A DNA stretch of 50,414 nucleotides, taken from Craspedostauros australis. Taxonomy: Eukaryota. Below the pieces are notes generated by a model. That model saw only the letters and a program-made list of their open reading frames with translations. It ran no database searches and was not told the DNA's origin. Where the stretch lies: positions 1-50,414 of the forward strand of contig JALAGF010002776.1 in NCBI GenBank assembly GCA_030167865.1. Direction: 5' to 3'. Below, piece after piece: positions 1 through 10,300 of this stretch. Position numbers and translations under genes: made by a program. Positions within the stretch are counted from its first letter, which is position 1. Each line of letters begins with the position of its first letter.

Positions 1-1
1 C

Positions 2-2890
2 TCCAATGCGCTGTGGAAAGCGCTGATTCTGGCAATGAACTTGCCAGTTCCTCAGATGGAACAGGTGGTGGTGTTCGTGCGCGCAGGGGTAGACTTGCCG
101 CCTATCAAGCTGGCTCCCAACCTCTACGCGATTTGCCTCGTCGGCAAGAAAAACATTGCACGCAAAGCAAGGTGCATTCTTGCCATGTCTGTCTCGCCAC
201 GCCAATGTACTAACCTCCTCTTGCGACACAAGAGCGAACTTCCTGACGATCAGCGTCTTCGCTTCTTGCCAGAGCAATACACCATCACACGGGGCCAGCT
301 CCTCACTCTGCGCAACTACTACGAGCTCTTGCGCGAGGGCAATGTGCTTGGTGCTGCTGTTCANNACTATCGTGTCAGCACATACAGCTTGGCTGGCATG
401 GTGTCCTTCATCAGCAACACAACCACATACAAGGTGGGCCTTTGTCACAATATCAAATTGGGAGGGGTGATATTTGAAAATGTGTCAGTATTCGAATGTG
501 GCAGAACAAGCGTAGACGAGCTGTTCCACATGTACAAGATTACGACGAACAATCCAGTCAGCAAGCCAGCATTCTGAGCAATGACGGGCCTGCTCACACG
601 CAGAGACAAAGTGGTTACTGGTCTCTCCTCTTTTGAAAACTACTTCTTGATGGCAATGAAGACGTTGAAGGAGATGCTCATGCGCTTGAATACCCTACTC
701 GAGGATTCATTCAACAGTGATGACGGACACGACGACCTAACTGTGGAGTATATTCAAACCTGTGAGACATTGGTGCGCGATCTGGACCTAATGATCACAT
801 NCCTCAAGTGGGAGTATACTGCGTCGCACATGCAGATCAAGTGCAAAGAAGACTGCATGCACTGCGCTCATTTCGCGCTTCGCCGCGATCCAAAAACGTG
901 ACAGGCTAAATCTACACTCAACACCACCACCACAACAGCACCTGCCAGCACCGATATGACATGCGTGGTCATTCATCCTCCCACAACAGCAACAGAGTGT
1001 GATGCCAATGCCATTTCTCCCATCACTCATGATCAACAAGGCAAAGTATGCAACAGATGTGGAGACACGATGCGATTCATGGATGTTCACGTCGCACCAT
1101 TCATCGAGACGCTCAAGGCCAATCATCTTGGCGACCATGAGGATGAATTAAGCAGGATGCTGGAGGCAGTACTGGGCTTCAACAATGAGATCACTGTGTA
1201 CATGGCACACCGAGTGAGAGCAAAGATCCAATTCAATCAGATGAACAAGTACAAGGCCAAGCTCAACAACAATGACAAGTGCGCCTATGTCGTCATCAAT
1301 CATAAGCAGAAGATTCTGCTGACAGCGCAAGGAGAATTGCAGACAGAGTACTGGGGCAAGAAGGGCATGTCGCTCCTTGGCATTATGATTGTCACTTGCA
1401 AAGATGACGAATTCACGTATCGCTTTGTTGACATAATTGTTCATGACCTGCCAACCCAAGACACACTTAAAGTTGGTGGGCTTCTCAAAGCCATCCAGAA
1501 GAAGGTACGCGATCTCCTACCATCGGTGACAGAAATCATGCTGCAGTCAGACAACGCTGGCTGCTTTGCCAGCCACGAGCACATCGTGCTCGTCTCATCA
1601 CGGATCAACAAGAATGCGTCATGCAACAGACTTCCCAATTTGTCATTTGGATCTACACAGAAGCCCAAACCGGCAAAGGGCGAATCGACACTCACTTCGC
1701 CTACATCACTATCGTACTACGATCCTATGTGCAAAGTGGCGGCAAGATTCAAACCGAACACGAAATTTTCGTCGCGATGCGAATGGGAAATATCAGAGGT
1801 ACTACCACCGTCTTAGTTGACGCATCGGGTTTGGAAGGTCGCTGTGTGATGCACAAGACAAATGCACGCATCAGGTTCCGCGCGAAGGGCATGAATGTAC
1901 GATCAACGCACAAGGTGCAACACAGAAACGGCTATGCAGACGTACTTGCAGCTTCAAATGTTCCTGATCCAGTGCATGTGGAGGAAGCTGAATGGGAAGA
2001 CTATGACGTCATGAATTCCAAGGTTCCTATCATGATAGAACACCGGTCCACACAAGAGCCACTTGCAGCAACATCACCACGGAAGCAGAAAAAGACCCTC
2101 AGGTTCGCGAAGAGTGCCACTGAAAGCAAGGCGCTGACGTACCTCGAAGGGATCAACATGGCAGCCTTGGAGACACCTGACGTAAGTAGTGTGCTGCAGG
2201 ACACCACAGCAGCAACAGAACATCCGCGATTGGCTGAACCTGGCTGGGCTGCGAAAGCCGTACGACGTAACAAGCCCATTCCCCCATACCTGGTGGAAGT
2301 GTTGGAGGAGGTGTGCAGAGTGGCACGCGCGGACCCGAAGAACAGACCAACTGAGTACGAGGCATTCAGGCGGTGCATGGAGACGACCGAAATGAAGACT
2401 GACTGGTATGCACGGGTACACGTGAACCCAATGCGAGTGAAGCAATACATGTCCGCGTCGTACCAGCGCACGAAACCGAAGCCCACGAACATGAGTACCC
2501 TGGAAACCACGATAAACAAAAAACGCGACAAACACAACGAACACAACTAACACCCCACCACTGACGAACGCGAACAGCACCCACACAGAGATCGTGCCTG
2601 CACAACACACAACAGCAGATGAGAAGGAAATCGCGCTGCAACAAGAAGAAAACGAAGCATCGGAGCAAATTGCGTGCGAGACACAAACAATGAAGGAGAA
2701 TACGGAATCTCCNNNNNNNNNNNNNNNNNNNNNNNNNNNNNNNNNNNNNNNNNNNNNNNNNNNNNNNNNNNNNNNNNNNNNNNNNNNNNNNNNNNNNNNN
2801 NNNNNNNNNNNNNNNNNNAAGATGCAGATTATGAGTCTTATCGATGTCGTACGAGTCTGTGCAACTGCTTCACTGCTGGATCGTCCTTGA
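2..2890 (+). pseudogene. Transposase pseudogene (Sola3-like DDD family)
   Basis: ORFs 35-577, 581-901 and 956-1816 share one frame that is open from base 2 and broken only by TGA at 575-577 and 899-901. A frameshift near 1637 continues into ORF 1621-2550, and probably another near 2520 into 2594-2890. Motifs: CxxC (CMHC, CNRC), YMAHRVR, VVI[N]HKQKIL, Q.EYWGKKGMSLLG, LQSDNAGCF (D 1550-1552), YTEAQTGKGRID (D 1687-1689), C-terminal PGWAAK. Confidence 0.8.
2713..2818. other. Assembly gap (run of N)
   Basis: 106 consecutive N bases. Confidence 1.
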
Positions 2891-3761
2891 TTGGTGCACG
2901 TGTTCACAGCGTAACGCCAATTCAACGGTTTCACACGTATCCTGGTTTGGAGGGACTAAGAAAATAAATTAGCACTGCAATTGACATCGATAATTCTTCT
3001 TTTGGTGATACGAATCAAGGCACCAAGACACCGAATCTGGCCGTAGTGCGCTAGTCGTGTCTAGATGAGCGCGAAATTGATGGGTCCATAAAACTTAAAA
3101 TAAACCATTAAAGCAAAATCGGCGTCCACTGTGATTCTTAGATTTTTCTCTAGTTTATGAATATGTGGGTGGTTTGGTTGAAATCCCCGTAAGTTGCCAC
3201 CCCTCCAGGACCGACTGCAGGTCCCGTCACACAACCGGGTCATACAGAGACCACCTTCTGAGCAACATCAAGACACACAAGACTCGTTTGGACGGAAGCA
3301 GCGGTACAATACAATACAGGCAAAATAGACTCCAGTTTCCTACCTGAATCAAGCTAGTCGAATGACGCTTTACGAGAATGTCTCATCCAACGCACAAAAC
3401 ATCACAAATTTCGTCGCGACAGACCACCTTGTCTGCACGGCACGACCCGAAGAACACAGCAGCGGCAGCTACGGGGCGGTGAGGGAGGTGAGCACAACAG
3501 AGAAGGACGAAGGGTTGGAGCTGGTGAGGCAGAGAGGAAGGCATTCTGGACAGGGACAAGGCTGAGAACAGAAGACACGACGAGAGGTGCAAAGCATCAA
3601 GAGCGTGCGCCATACGAGCAACGAGCAGGTCGGAGAAGGCACGACCACACCTGAGACAGACAAAGACAAAGCAAAGGAAGCCCCTCGCACTCGCTGCCGC
3701 TCTCGCACGACCACGATAGAACGAAGACGAGTGAGATACCGAAAGGCAGACAGCCCCGGAC

Positions 3762-6700
3762 ATGATCAGGGATTGCGGTGGTATGCAGACACCAGCGATG
3801 AACCAGAAGATCAAGTCAACAGAAACTTCGTCACTCGATGAATTGGACGCCATCATGAATCTGCAACGCCAGGAGGCATTTGGCCACCCAGGCGCCAAAG
3901 GAAAACTCAATGGCAATGGCAGTGGCAATGACAAAGCTGGCACTGGGGCAAGCTCCAACAGTCCCAAGCAACAACAGAACCAAAACCAGCATCAGCATCA
4001 GCATCAGCATCACCTTGAACAATCAAAGAAGAAGATCCCGCTGCATGAGACCATCGCCTTCGAAGAGGCGCATCAGCAAGTCACCCTCGAACGGCACCAG
4101 CAGAGTAGGCGCGCCAGCGGTAACGCCGCTTCCGGCCGCAGAAGCCGGAGCCGCAGTCGCAGTCGCAACATGCCACTCACAAAGCCGAGCAGCCGCCGCC
4201 AGTTGATGGATGGCAACCGTCAGCAGAGCATCGGCAACATCAAGGTGGGCAGCAAACCATCTCCCAAGAACAGAGCGCGCTCTGTCAGCCGGGTCAGGCG
4301 CCTGGGATCCTCGCGTGCCTTGGTTTCCCCAGAATCCAGCCCGAAGACGGCGCCGGTAATGAGATCGAACTCGTTGGATAGCTCGGACAACACCACGCGC
4401 CGTGCCATGCTGGAGCGCAAGTCGTCCCAACGTCGTTCCATGACTCCCCTTGCCACACCAGGCAGCGCGCCATCCAGGAACTCTAGGCGTCTCAGATCGG
4501 GTGGAGGATCTACACCTAGTTCTGGTGGCGGTGGCGTGCCCATTCCCACCAATAGTAGCAGCAGCAACAGCAATGACAACAGTGAGCTGCCACCCGTCGG
4601 CAACGTGCATCAGAGGGCAGACGGCAACAGACACAAGGACGATCGCCCAGATGCTGGCAATGGCGACGAAAGCCAAAATGGGAGACGACGGAGGAGTTCA
4701 TCAGTCTCAGGTTCCAGACGAAGGAGCTCCAGCAGGAAGGCATCCTATCGTGGTGGCAGTGGTGTCGATACCGGCAATCACAGTGATATTCCACCAAGTC
4801 CGGGACCTGGACGACGCAAGGTCCCCTCGTCATCCTCATCTTTCCGAAGCGCCGTTGACAATGGCAATGGCAATCTTAACGGTCAGGGTCGGCAAAAGAA
4901 ACGCTCCAGCTCTATCGATAGGCGCACTGCAAATCAACAGCACCAGCACCAGCAGCAATACCAGGACTCTTCAATGGAGCACCTTGCCGCGTCTATTTCC
5001 GTTGAATCGGACGGCATGCCCTCTCGTCAGTCATTCAGCCAACGCGATTCCGAACGCGGTGGCTCGACTGCGTCGGAGGACATCAATGGATCGAACTTCA
5101 AGAAAAAGACCAAGATGGAAAAGATCATCGAACTGCAAGCCAAGTACGACAAGTACAAGCAAGAGTTCATTGAAACATCGCGGGAGAAGCGAGCTCTCAA
5201 GAAGGAGCTCCAACAGCAAAAGAACGAATTCAGTTCATTGCAGAAGGAACTGGATTCGAATCGCGAAGAGAAGCAAACGGTCAGCAATCAGCTCACAGAT
5301 GCGATGAAGCGGTTGGAGCATCTCGCCGAGGAACAACGCAAAGAGCGAATGGAATTCTCAAACACCGCCAAGCAGTTGGCCGAGGCACGGTTGGATCAGA
5401 CCAATGCCATCGATGAAACGCGTAAGGTGCGCACCGAACTTGACGATGCCAAGCGGGAGCTGGAGGAGCAAAAACGCAAGGAGAAGACGCTCTCAGAAAC
5501 CATTGAGACTCACTTGGATAAGATCTACGATCTGGAGAACAAGCTTCTGCGTGCTGACGACGAGATCAAGCATCTCGACGATGACATTCGCCATCTCGAG
5601 CAGGAGCTGGAGGTCTACCGCAAGAAGTCATCGAATGAATCGGAGCAAGGCAGCACGGCGACAGCCGCCACTGTCAGCACCACCGAAATGGAAATCCACG
5701 AGCTCAAGATGAAGCAGCTCAAGGAATTGCAGGACCGCGTTGGCAAGCAGGAACTGGAAGTCGAAGAGAAGACGTTGGCAATGAAGAAGGATCAGATTCA
5801 GCTGGAGGAACGTGAGAAGGTGCTGGAAGAGAAGCTGCAGGAATTGCAAAATGCGGTGACAGACGCCGAAGCTGCCACAGCCGAACACACGGAAGATCCC
5901 ATCGATTCGGAAGAGTACAAAGAGTTGCAACAGCGAACTGCGGAATTGGAAGGCCAGATATCCGCCCTGCAAGCCAAGCTGAAGAGCGAGCAGCTCATGT
6001 CGACGGACAAGATTAAGAACCGGGATGCAAGCATTGATGAGTTGAAGCGGATGCTATCCACCACAAAGGAAGAACTGAGGCAACGTGATGCAGACCCCAA
6101 TAGCATCGTCTCTCTCAAGAAGCAGATTCAAGACCTGGAATCCAAGATCTTGAATCTTCAGAAGGTTATCGCGGACAACGCCCAGCACGCAGATCAACTG
6201 GAGGAATCAATGGAGGAATCCAAATCCACGACCCAGGAACTCCAATCTGCTATCAAAGAGAAGGAACGAGAGCTTGCGGATTCGAAACGCCAGGTCGAGG
6301 ATTGGAAGCGCAAGGCTGACGACTTTCAAAAGAAGGCCGGCGAATGGACGGAAAAAGCGTATCAATGGAAGGAGAAAGCAGAGAAAGCTGCCGAGAGCAA
6401 TGACGCAGCAAACGGAGGTGGCGCTACTGGTGCCACTGGTGGTGGCGCAGACAGCGGCGGTGGAACGGAACCCACTCCTCAGGAATTATTCCTGCAGGCG
6501 GCCATGGAACGTAAGAAGGCGGTGGATACCACAGCTGCAAGCGCCGGTGGTTGGGGATTGACCTCCATGTTTGGCAAGCGGACAGATACCAACGATGAAG
6601 GCGATACTTCCACGAAAGTTAAGGCGTTGGAGGAAGAGAATGCGAGCCAAGCAGAGACCATCAAGCGGTTGCAAACGGAGCTCTTCCAACAAAGGGCCAA

Positions 6701-6851
6701 GTTCAAGGAGGACATGTACAGTGCACAGAAACAAGCCAAGAAAGTCCAGGATGAAGTGGACGCCATGCAACTCAAGAATGAGGATTTGGAACGGGAGCTG
6801 CAGTTGGCACGCAAGCTACAGCGCGTTGCCCAAAACCATGGTTCCGCGTAA
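3762..6851 (+). CDS. Large coiled-coil protein of unknown function (1029 aa): disordered Ser/Arg/Gly-rich N-half, long heptad C-half
   Basis: Uninterrupted 3.1-kb ORF with E/K/Q/L-rich heptads from about aa 450. The start could be the downstream ATG at 3798. Confidence 0.85.
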   Translation: MIRDCGGMQTPAMNQKIKSTETSSLDELDAIMNLQRQEAFGHPGAKGKLNGNGSGNDKAGTGASSNSPKQQQNQNQHQHQHQHHLEQSKKKIPLHETIAFEEAHQQVTLERHQQSRRASGNAASGRRSRSRSRSRNMPLTKPSSRRQLMDGNRQQSIGNIKVGSKPSPKNRARSVSRVRRLGSSRALVSPESSPKTAPVMRSNSLDSSDNTTRRAMLERKSSQRRSMTPLATPGSAPSRNSRRLRSGGGSTPSSGGGGVPIPTNSSSSNSNDNSELPPVGNVHQRADGNRHKDDRPDAGNGDESQNGRRRRSSSVSGSRRRSSSRKASYRGGSGVDTGNHSDIPPSPGPGRRKVPSSSSSFRSAVDNGNGNLNGQGRQKKRSSSIDRRTANQQHQHQQQYQDSSMEHLAASISVESDGMPSRQSFSQRDSERGGSTASEDINGSNFKKKTKMEKIIELQAKYDKYKQEFIETSREKRALKKELQQQKNEFSSLQKELDSNREEKQTVSNQLTDAMKRLEHLAEEQRKERMEFSNTAKQLAEARLDQTNAIDETRKVRTELDDAKRELEEQKRKEKTLSETIETHLDKIYDLENKLLRADDEIKHLDDDIRHLEQELEVYRKKSSNESEQGSTATAATVSTTEMEIHELKMKQLKELQDRVGKQELEVEEKTLAMKKDQIQLEEREKVLEEKLQELQNAVTDAEAATAEHTEDPIDSEEYKELQQRTAELEGQISALQAKLKSEQLMSTDKIKNRDASIDELKRMLSTTKEELRQRDADPNSIVSLKKQIQDLESKILNLQKVIADNAQHADQLEESMEESKSTTQELQSAIKEKERELADSKRQVEDWKRKADDFQKKAGEWTEKAYQWKEKAEKAAESNDAANGGGATGATGGGADSGGGTEPTPQELFLQAAMERKKAVDTTAASAGGWGLTSMFGKRTDTNDEGDTSTKVKALEEENASQAETIKRLQTELFQQRAKFKEDMYSAQKQAKKVQDEVDAMQLKNEDLERELQLARKLQRVAQNHGSA

Positions 6852-7344
6852 AGCCAAAAGAGAAGAGTGCGGGTACATTGGAACATAATAAAGATAGGAA
6901 TAGAGAGTGTCTGTGGTTGTATGCGTGTCTGTGTGTATGTTCAGTATCGTACACTGTGGCTTGCACTCCACTTTAGCGCTCGTTGCGTGCGGACACTGGC
7001 ACGATGCGAACGTCTTGGTGGGCTGATGCTCCCGTTGTCATTGCGACGACGTACCTCTGTCTCTCTCCATAGATCGTATGTACCATACAGCACCAATACT
7101 GATAATCTAATTCACTTCTACTCTGCATTCTGCTGCTGCTGCTGCCATTCACTCCTGCGAGTATTGGCATGCTGGAGTCGCGTGGTATGAGTTCGTTCTA
7201 CTGTAGAATCGTGTAGTACATGGTTCTCCTGAATATCGCCCCCGGCCCCAAACCTCGATTCATGCGAAGTTCTGGAGTGGAGTAGTTCGTTTTCGGAGTT
7301 CTGCGTTCCATGTTCCACACGTAGCGGTTGCTATTGGCGATATC

Positions 7345-8614
7345 TTACAGATCGATCAATTCTGGAAAGTCGGCAATGATGTCAGATCGTGTCAACACCT
7401 CCTTGCCGTCACCAGGTGTCCAGAAGGCCTCCACAGCATTGACGCAGTATCCGTCATCGACCATGGTATCGCTGGCAATGCTGGCAAGAACTTCCTTGGT
7501 CTTGGCGAACGAAAAACCCGCGCCCTCGAAACTGTGGCCACATGCCGGAAATGAACAATAGTTAGAAAAGAGCGTTTTGTGTTGTTGTGTCAAGGATGAG
7601 ATGAGGAGGCAAATATGAGTTGGTTGGATGTCGAGTTGTCAGGTGGTATCACACGTGCCGCACAGTACACGAACTTGTCAGTTACGGTCTGAGCCCAGGA
7701 TCGGACCCAGATGCTGAAGCACTGCATCGCGCTACGGCGCGACATCATTGATTCGATACTTACGTCGTGGAATCGCCTTGTATTTCCACCACCAAACTGA
7801 CAACGGCGAGGGTGCTGCCGCCGGTCTTTTCTTTCGAGTCCGCACCTGGGATGTACTCCTGTGGAGAGCGTACAGTATGCACCGAGGATGAGTATTTGAC
7901 AGCAGGTATATTGTATACAAGTACGGTTGTGCAATCAACTGAGGGTGAGTTTGTGGCAGTTCGAGTTTCCAAGCAAGCACCGTGATTGCGCACTGTGGTA
8001 TAGGATGGGACTTCTATACATTGCCCTGGAAGAGAGTGTGCTCAATTGAAGAGGGGGCCATTCTCATCCACGCAATGGGTTCATAGGTGCAAGCAGCATT
8101 CATGAAGCAGGCATGGGCACAAATGGAAATGTACCTTCTCGAACTTGACTGCTTCCGCGTTGGCAAGCTCATTGTAGTAGCTCTCGGCCTTGCCGGCATC
8201 ATTCTCGCTGAACCACTTGCCCACGCTTGCTGCCGCTGTCCAGGAATCGGAACGCCTCATCAAGGCTAAGCAGATTTCGTTGGCGAACTCTGACAGCTCC
8301 TCCGGTGAGTTGCCTCCGTGGGCGGCCTCGTCTTCCAACGCGGCAAAGATCGAGGTGTCGGAACGATCGGGGACCATCAGTGCGACTTGGATCTTTCCAA
8401 CAGTGATGCCCTTTCCGAGCATGCCCTCCTCTTCGAAGATCTTGTCGAAGAAGTTGAGGGCGGTGGAAGAAGCCGCATCCCCGCGCACGATGGAATCGCG
8501 AGTGATGGCGGACGGAGTCGCCGTTCGTCGGAATGCTCGGCTCTGTGGGCCGATGCTGGAAAAACAAAGGGCGCCGGAAAGGAATGGAAGGATTCGGAGC
8601 ATGGAGATCATCAT
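7345..8614 (-). CDS. Plastid-targeted DUF1517 family protein (FLAP1-like), 3 exons
   Basis: Exons 8614-8135, 7858-7764 and 7531-7345 join in frame via GT-AG introns (phases 0 and 2). Motifs: TVGKIQVAL, EICLALMRR, AESYYNELANAEAVKFEKE, LAVVSLVV, AVEAFWTP...VLTRSDIIADFPELIDL. Signal peptide ends ALC|F and is followed by a S/T/R-rich transit-like segment (ASAFAP-type). Confidence 0.85.
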
Positions 8615-10300
8615 GGTTCTGGTTTCAATCGGTTTCAATCGGTTTCTTGTGCATTGCAGGATTGCAGGATTGTGGGTGAAATGGATGTGGAGAATGGTCG
8701 ATTGCTTGGGCAGTCAATCGGAGGGTTGGTTTGTTGAGAAAGGGAAGAGGTCATCACCGTCGTCATCGTTGTCGTCAGCGCGAACAAAGTGACGATCTTC
8801 GCGATCTTGTGAGGTTGAGTTGTGACGATGACGTCACACACCAAACAATTGTATCGATATCTGCTCGTAGTACTTCAATCAGAAAAGGGTATCTTTAAGG
8901 GGGTACTGTCTCACGTGATTGGAACTAGAGATCGTTCATGAAACGCGACAAGTGGCAATCTCCATTGTTCGCACACTCACATGCCTCTCTCCCTCAAGCT
9001 ATGGTCTGAGTGAGATTGGGAAAGATGCCGCACTGTCCTGATCATCAGATATTGCTCAAGCGGCACACATATAGTACAACCACCGCCCACGCTGTGGGTG
9101 TATTCCGAGGATCCACCGAGTACCCTATTGGCCATGGTTTCCGGTTCGGCTGCGCTCGGGATAGAGGAGGAACATGAAGTGATACTTTCAAACTCTGCAT
9201 CGCTCGCACTCCTGCTTCGTTCATCGTCCACAAGATCCGACGGCTGCCGTCGCCATTCATTGTCGCTGTCGATGCTTGTGCTCGCCACTTCCAATCCCAC
9301 CGTCCCACTTGTGAGAGGTCCGCACTCAACCGATTTTCATCATCATCATGGTCGTCGTCGTCGTCGTCGTCGTCGTAACTGTCTATGCCAATCATAGAAG
9401 CGGTCCATAGTGAGACCAGGATCAGGAACACTACGCAGGGACAGTCCTCTATCTGTACTCTGTTGGAGCCGAAGTCACATTCCCATCAATTCAAATGAAG
9501 CAGCGAATTCAAACGTCTCAGCAAGGAATTTATGTTGTGAAATTGTGGTTGCGCATCGGCGTGCTCGGTGACCGTTGCGATCATCGCTCCGAGCATATTT
9601 ACAATGGCGAATATTTTCGAATCTATCCCGATCGTTAAATACTGCTTGTCCGTTCAACGGATCACTCCACGAAATTGTGTGGAATCTGGCCATCACCATG
9701 ATCACACGATTTCCTCCTTCTGCGTCGCTTGTGGCGTTTTCTCTTTTTCGCCTTTGTGCGAACGATGTGATTGGTGTTGTGATTCTGGTTGGATGTGTCT
9801 GTCTGCGCGTTTGTGTTGTTGTCCTCCTCTTTGAGGCTTTGTTGATGTTCATCGAGATGCTGAGTGAGGCTGAACTGAACTGGGCCGAAATGAACTGGAA
9901 TGAGGTTCGTGACAGCCGACCGTTTTGAAATCGTACTCTTCCTCCTCCCAGAGTACGTCCCACCAAGTCGTACCAAACAATCAATCAATCGATCCAGAGC
10001 AATCGAGTGGAAGTAACCGCAGCGAAGAACAAAGGACAGCATACCACCAAAAAGGAACGGTGCCCAACCATCATCGCATGCACTACGCCAACCAACTTTC
10101 CAACGTGCCAACATATCATCTTCCCAACAAGCAATCTACTGGACCACCCTCGTGTTGGTGGCATGGCAACGAGACGACTATAGAACCAGCTTGTCACTGC
10201 TCGTACTCGTACACGGGGCACGTGTTGGTATCTTCGTCCTGGTTCAGCCGTCGTCTTCTTCGTTTCTGTTTCGGTCGCCCTCCTGTATTCGAAAGTCAAG

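Larger units (their letters stand above)
1..3205 (+). mobile_element. Decayed DNA transposon with a DDD-type transposase, Sola3-like; left end lies outside the window
   Basis: Transposase pseudogene spans 2-2890, followed by an AT-richer non-coding tail (about 2960-3165) ending in ...AAGTTGCCACCCCTC at 3205. Its reverse complement begins GAG, as Sola2/3 termini do. Ambiguous bases (364-365, 801) and an N gap (2713-2818) fit a repetitive locus. The right boundary is inferred. Confidence 0.6.

Noticed and set aside
575-901. In-frame TGA codons as selenocysteine or an alternative genetic code
   Set aside because: Confined to the decayed transposon. Neighbouring genes such as DPH3 and PECR use TGA as a normal stop.
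1621-1640. Programmed ribosomal frameshift between the overlapping transposase ORFs
   Set aside because: No canonical slippery heptamer, and the same frame carries stops and a dead catalytic residue. A 1-bp deletion or assembly error is simpler.
3362-3841. Short ORFs upstream of the 1029-aa gene as extra exons or genes
   Set aside because: No recognisable motif or clear splice sites. Probably 5' leader or intergenic.
8895-8910. TTAAGGGGGTACTGTC as a Kolobok/piggyBac-like terminus
   Set aside because: No matching inverted end with TTAA found. The partial match near 9440 is too weak.
8977-9984. Minus-strand ORFs with a poly-Asp run (9045-9431, 8977-9300, 9475-9984)
   Set aside because: The Asp run comes from a (TCG)n microsatellite. 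No domain motif or convincing splice model, though a small gene cannot be excluded.
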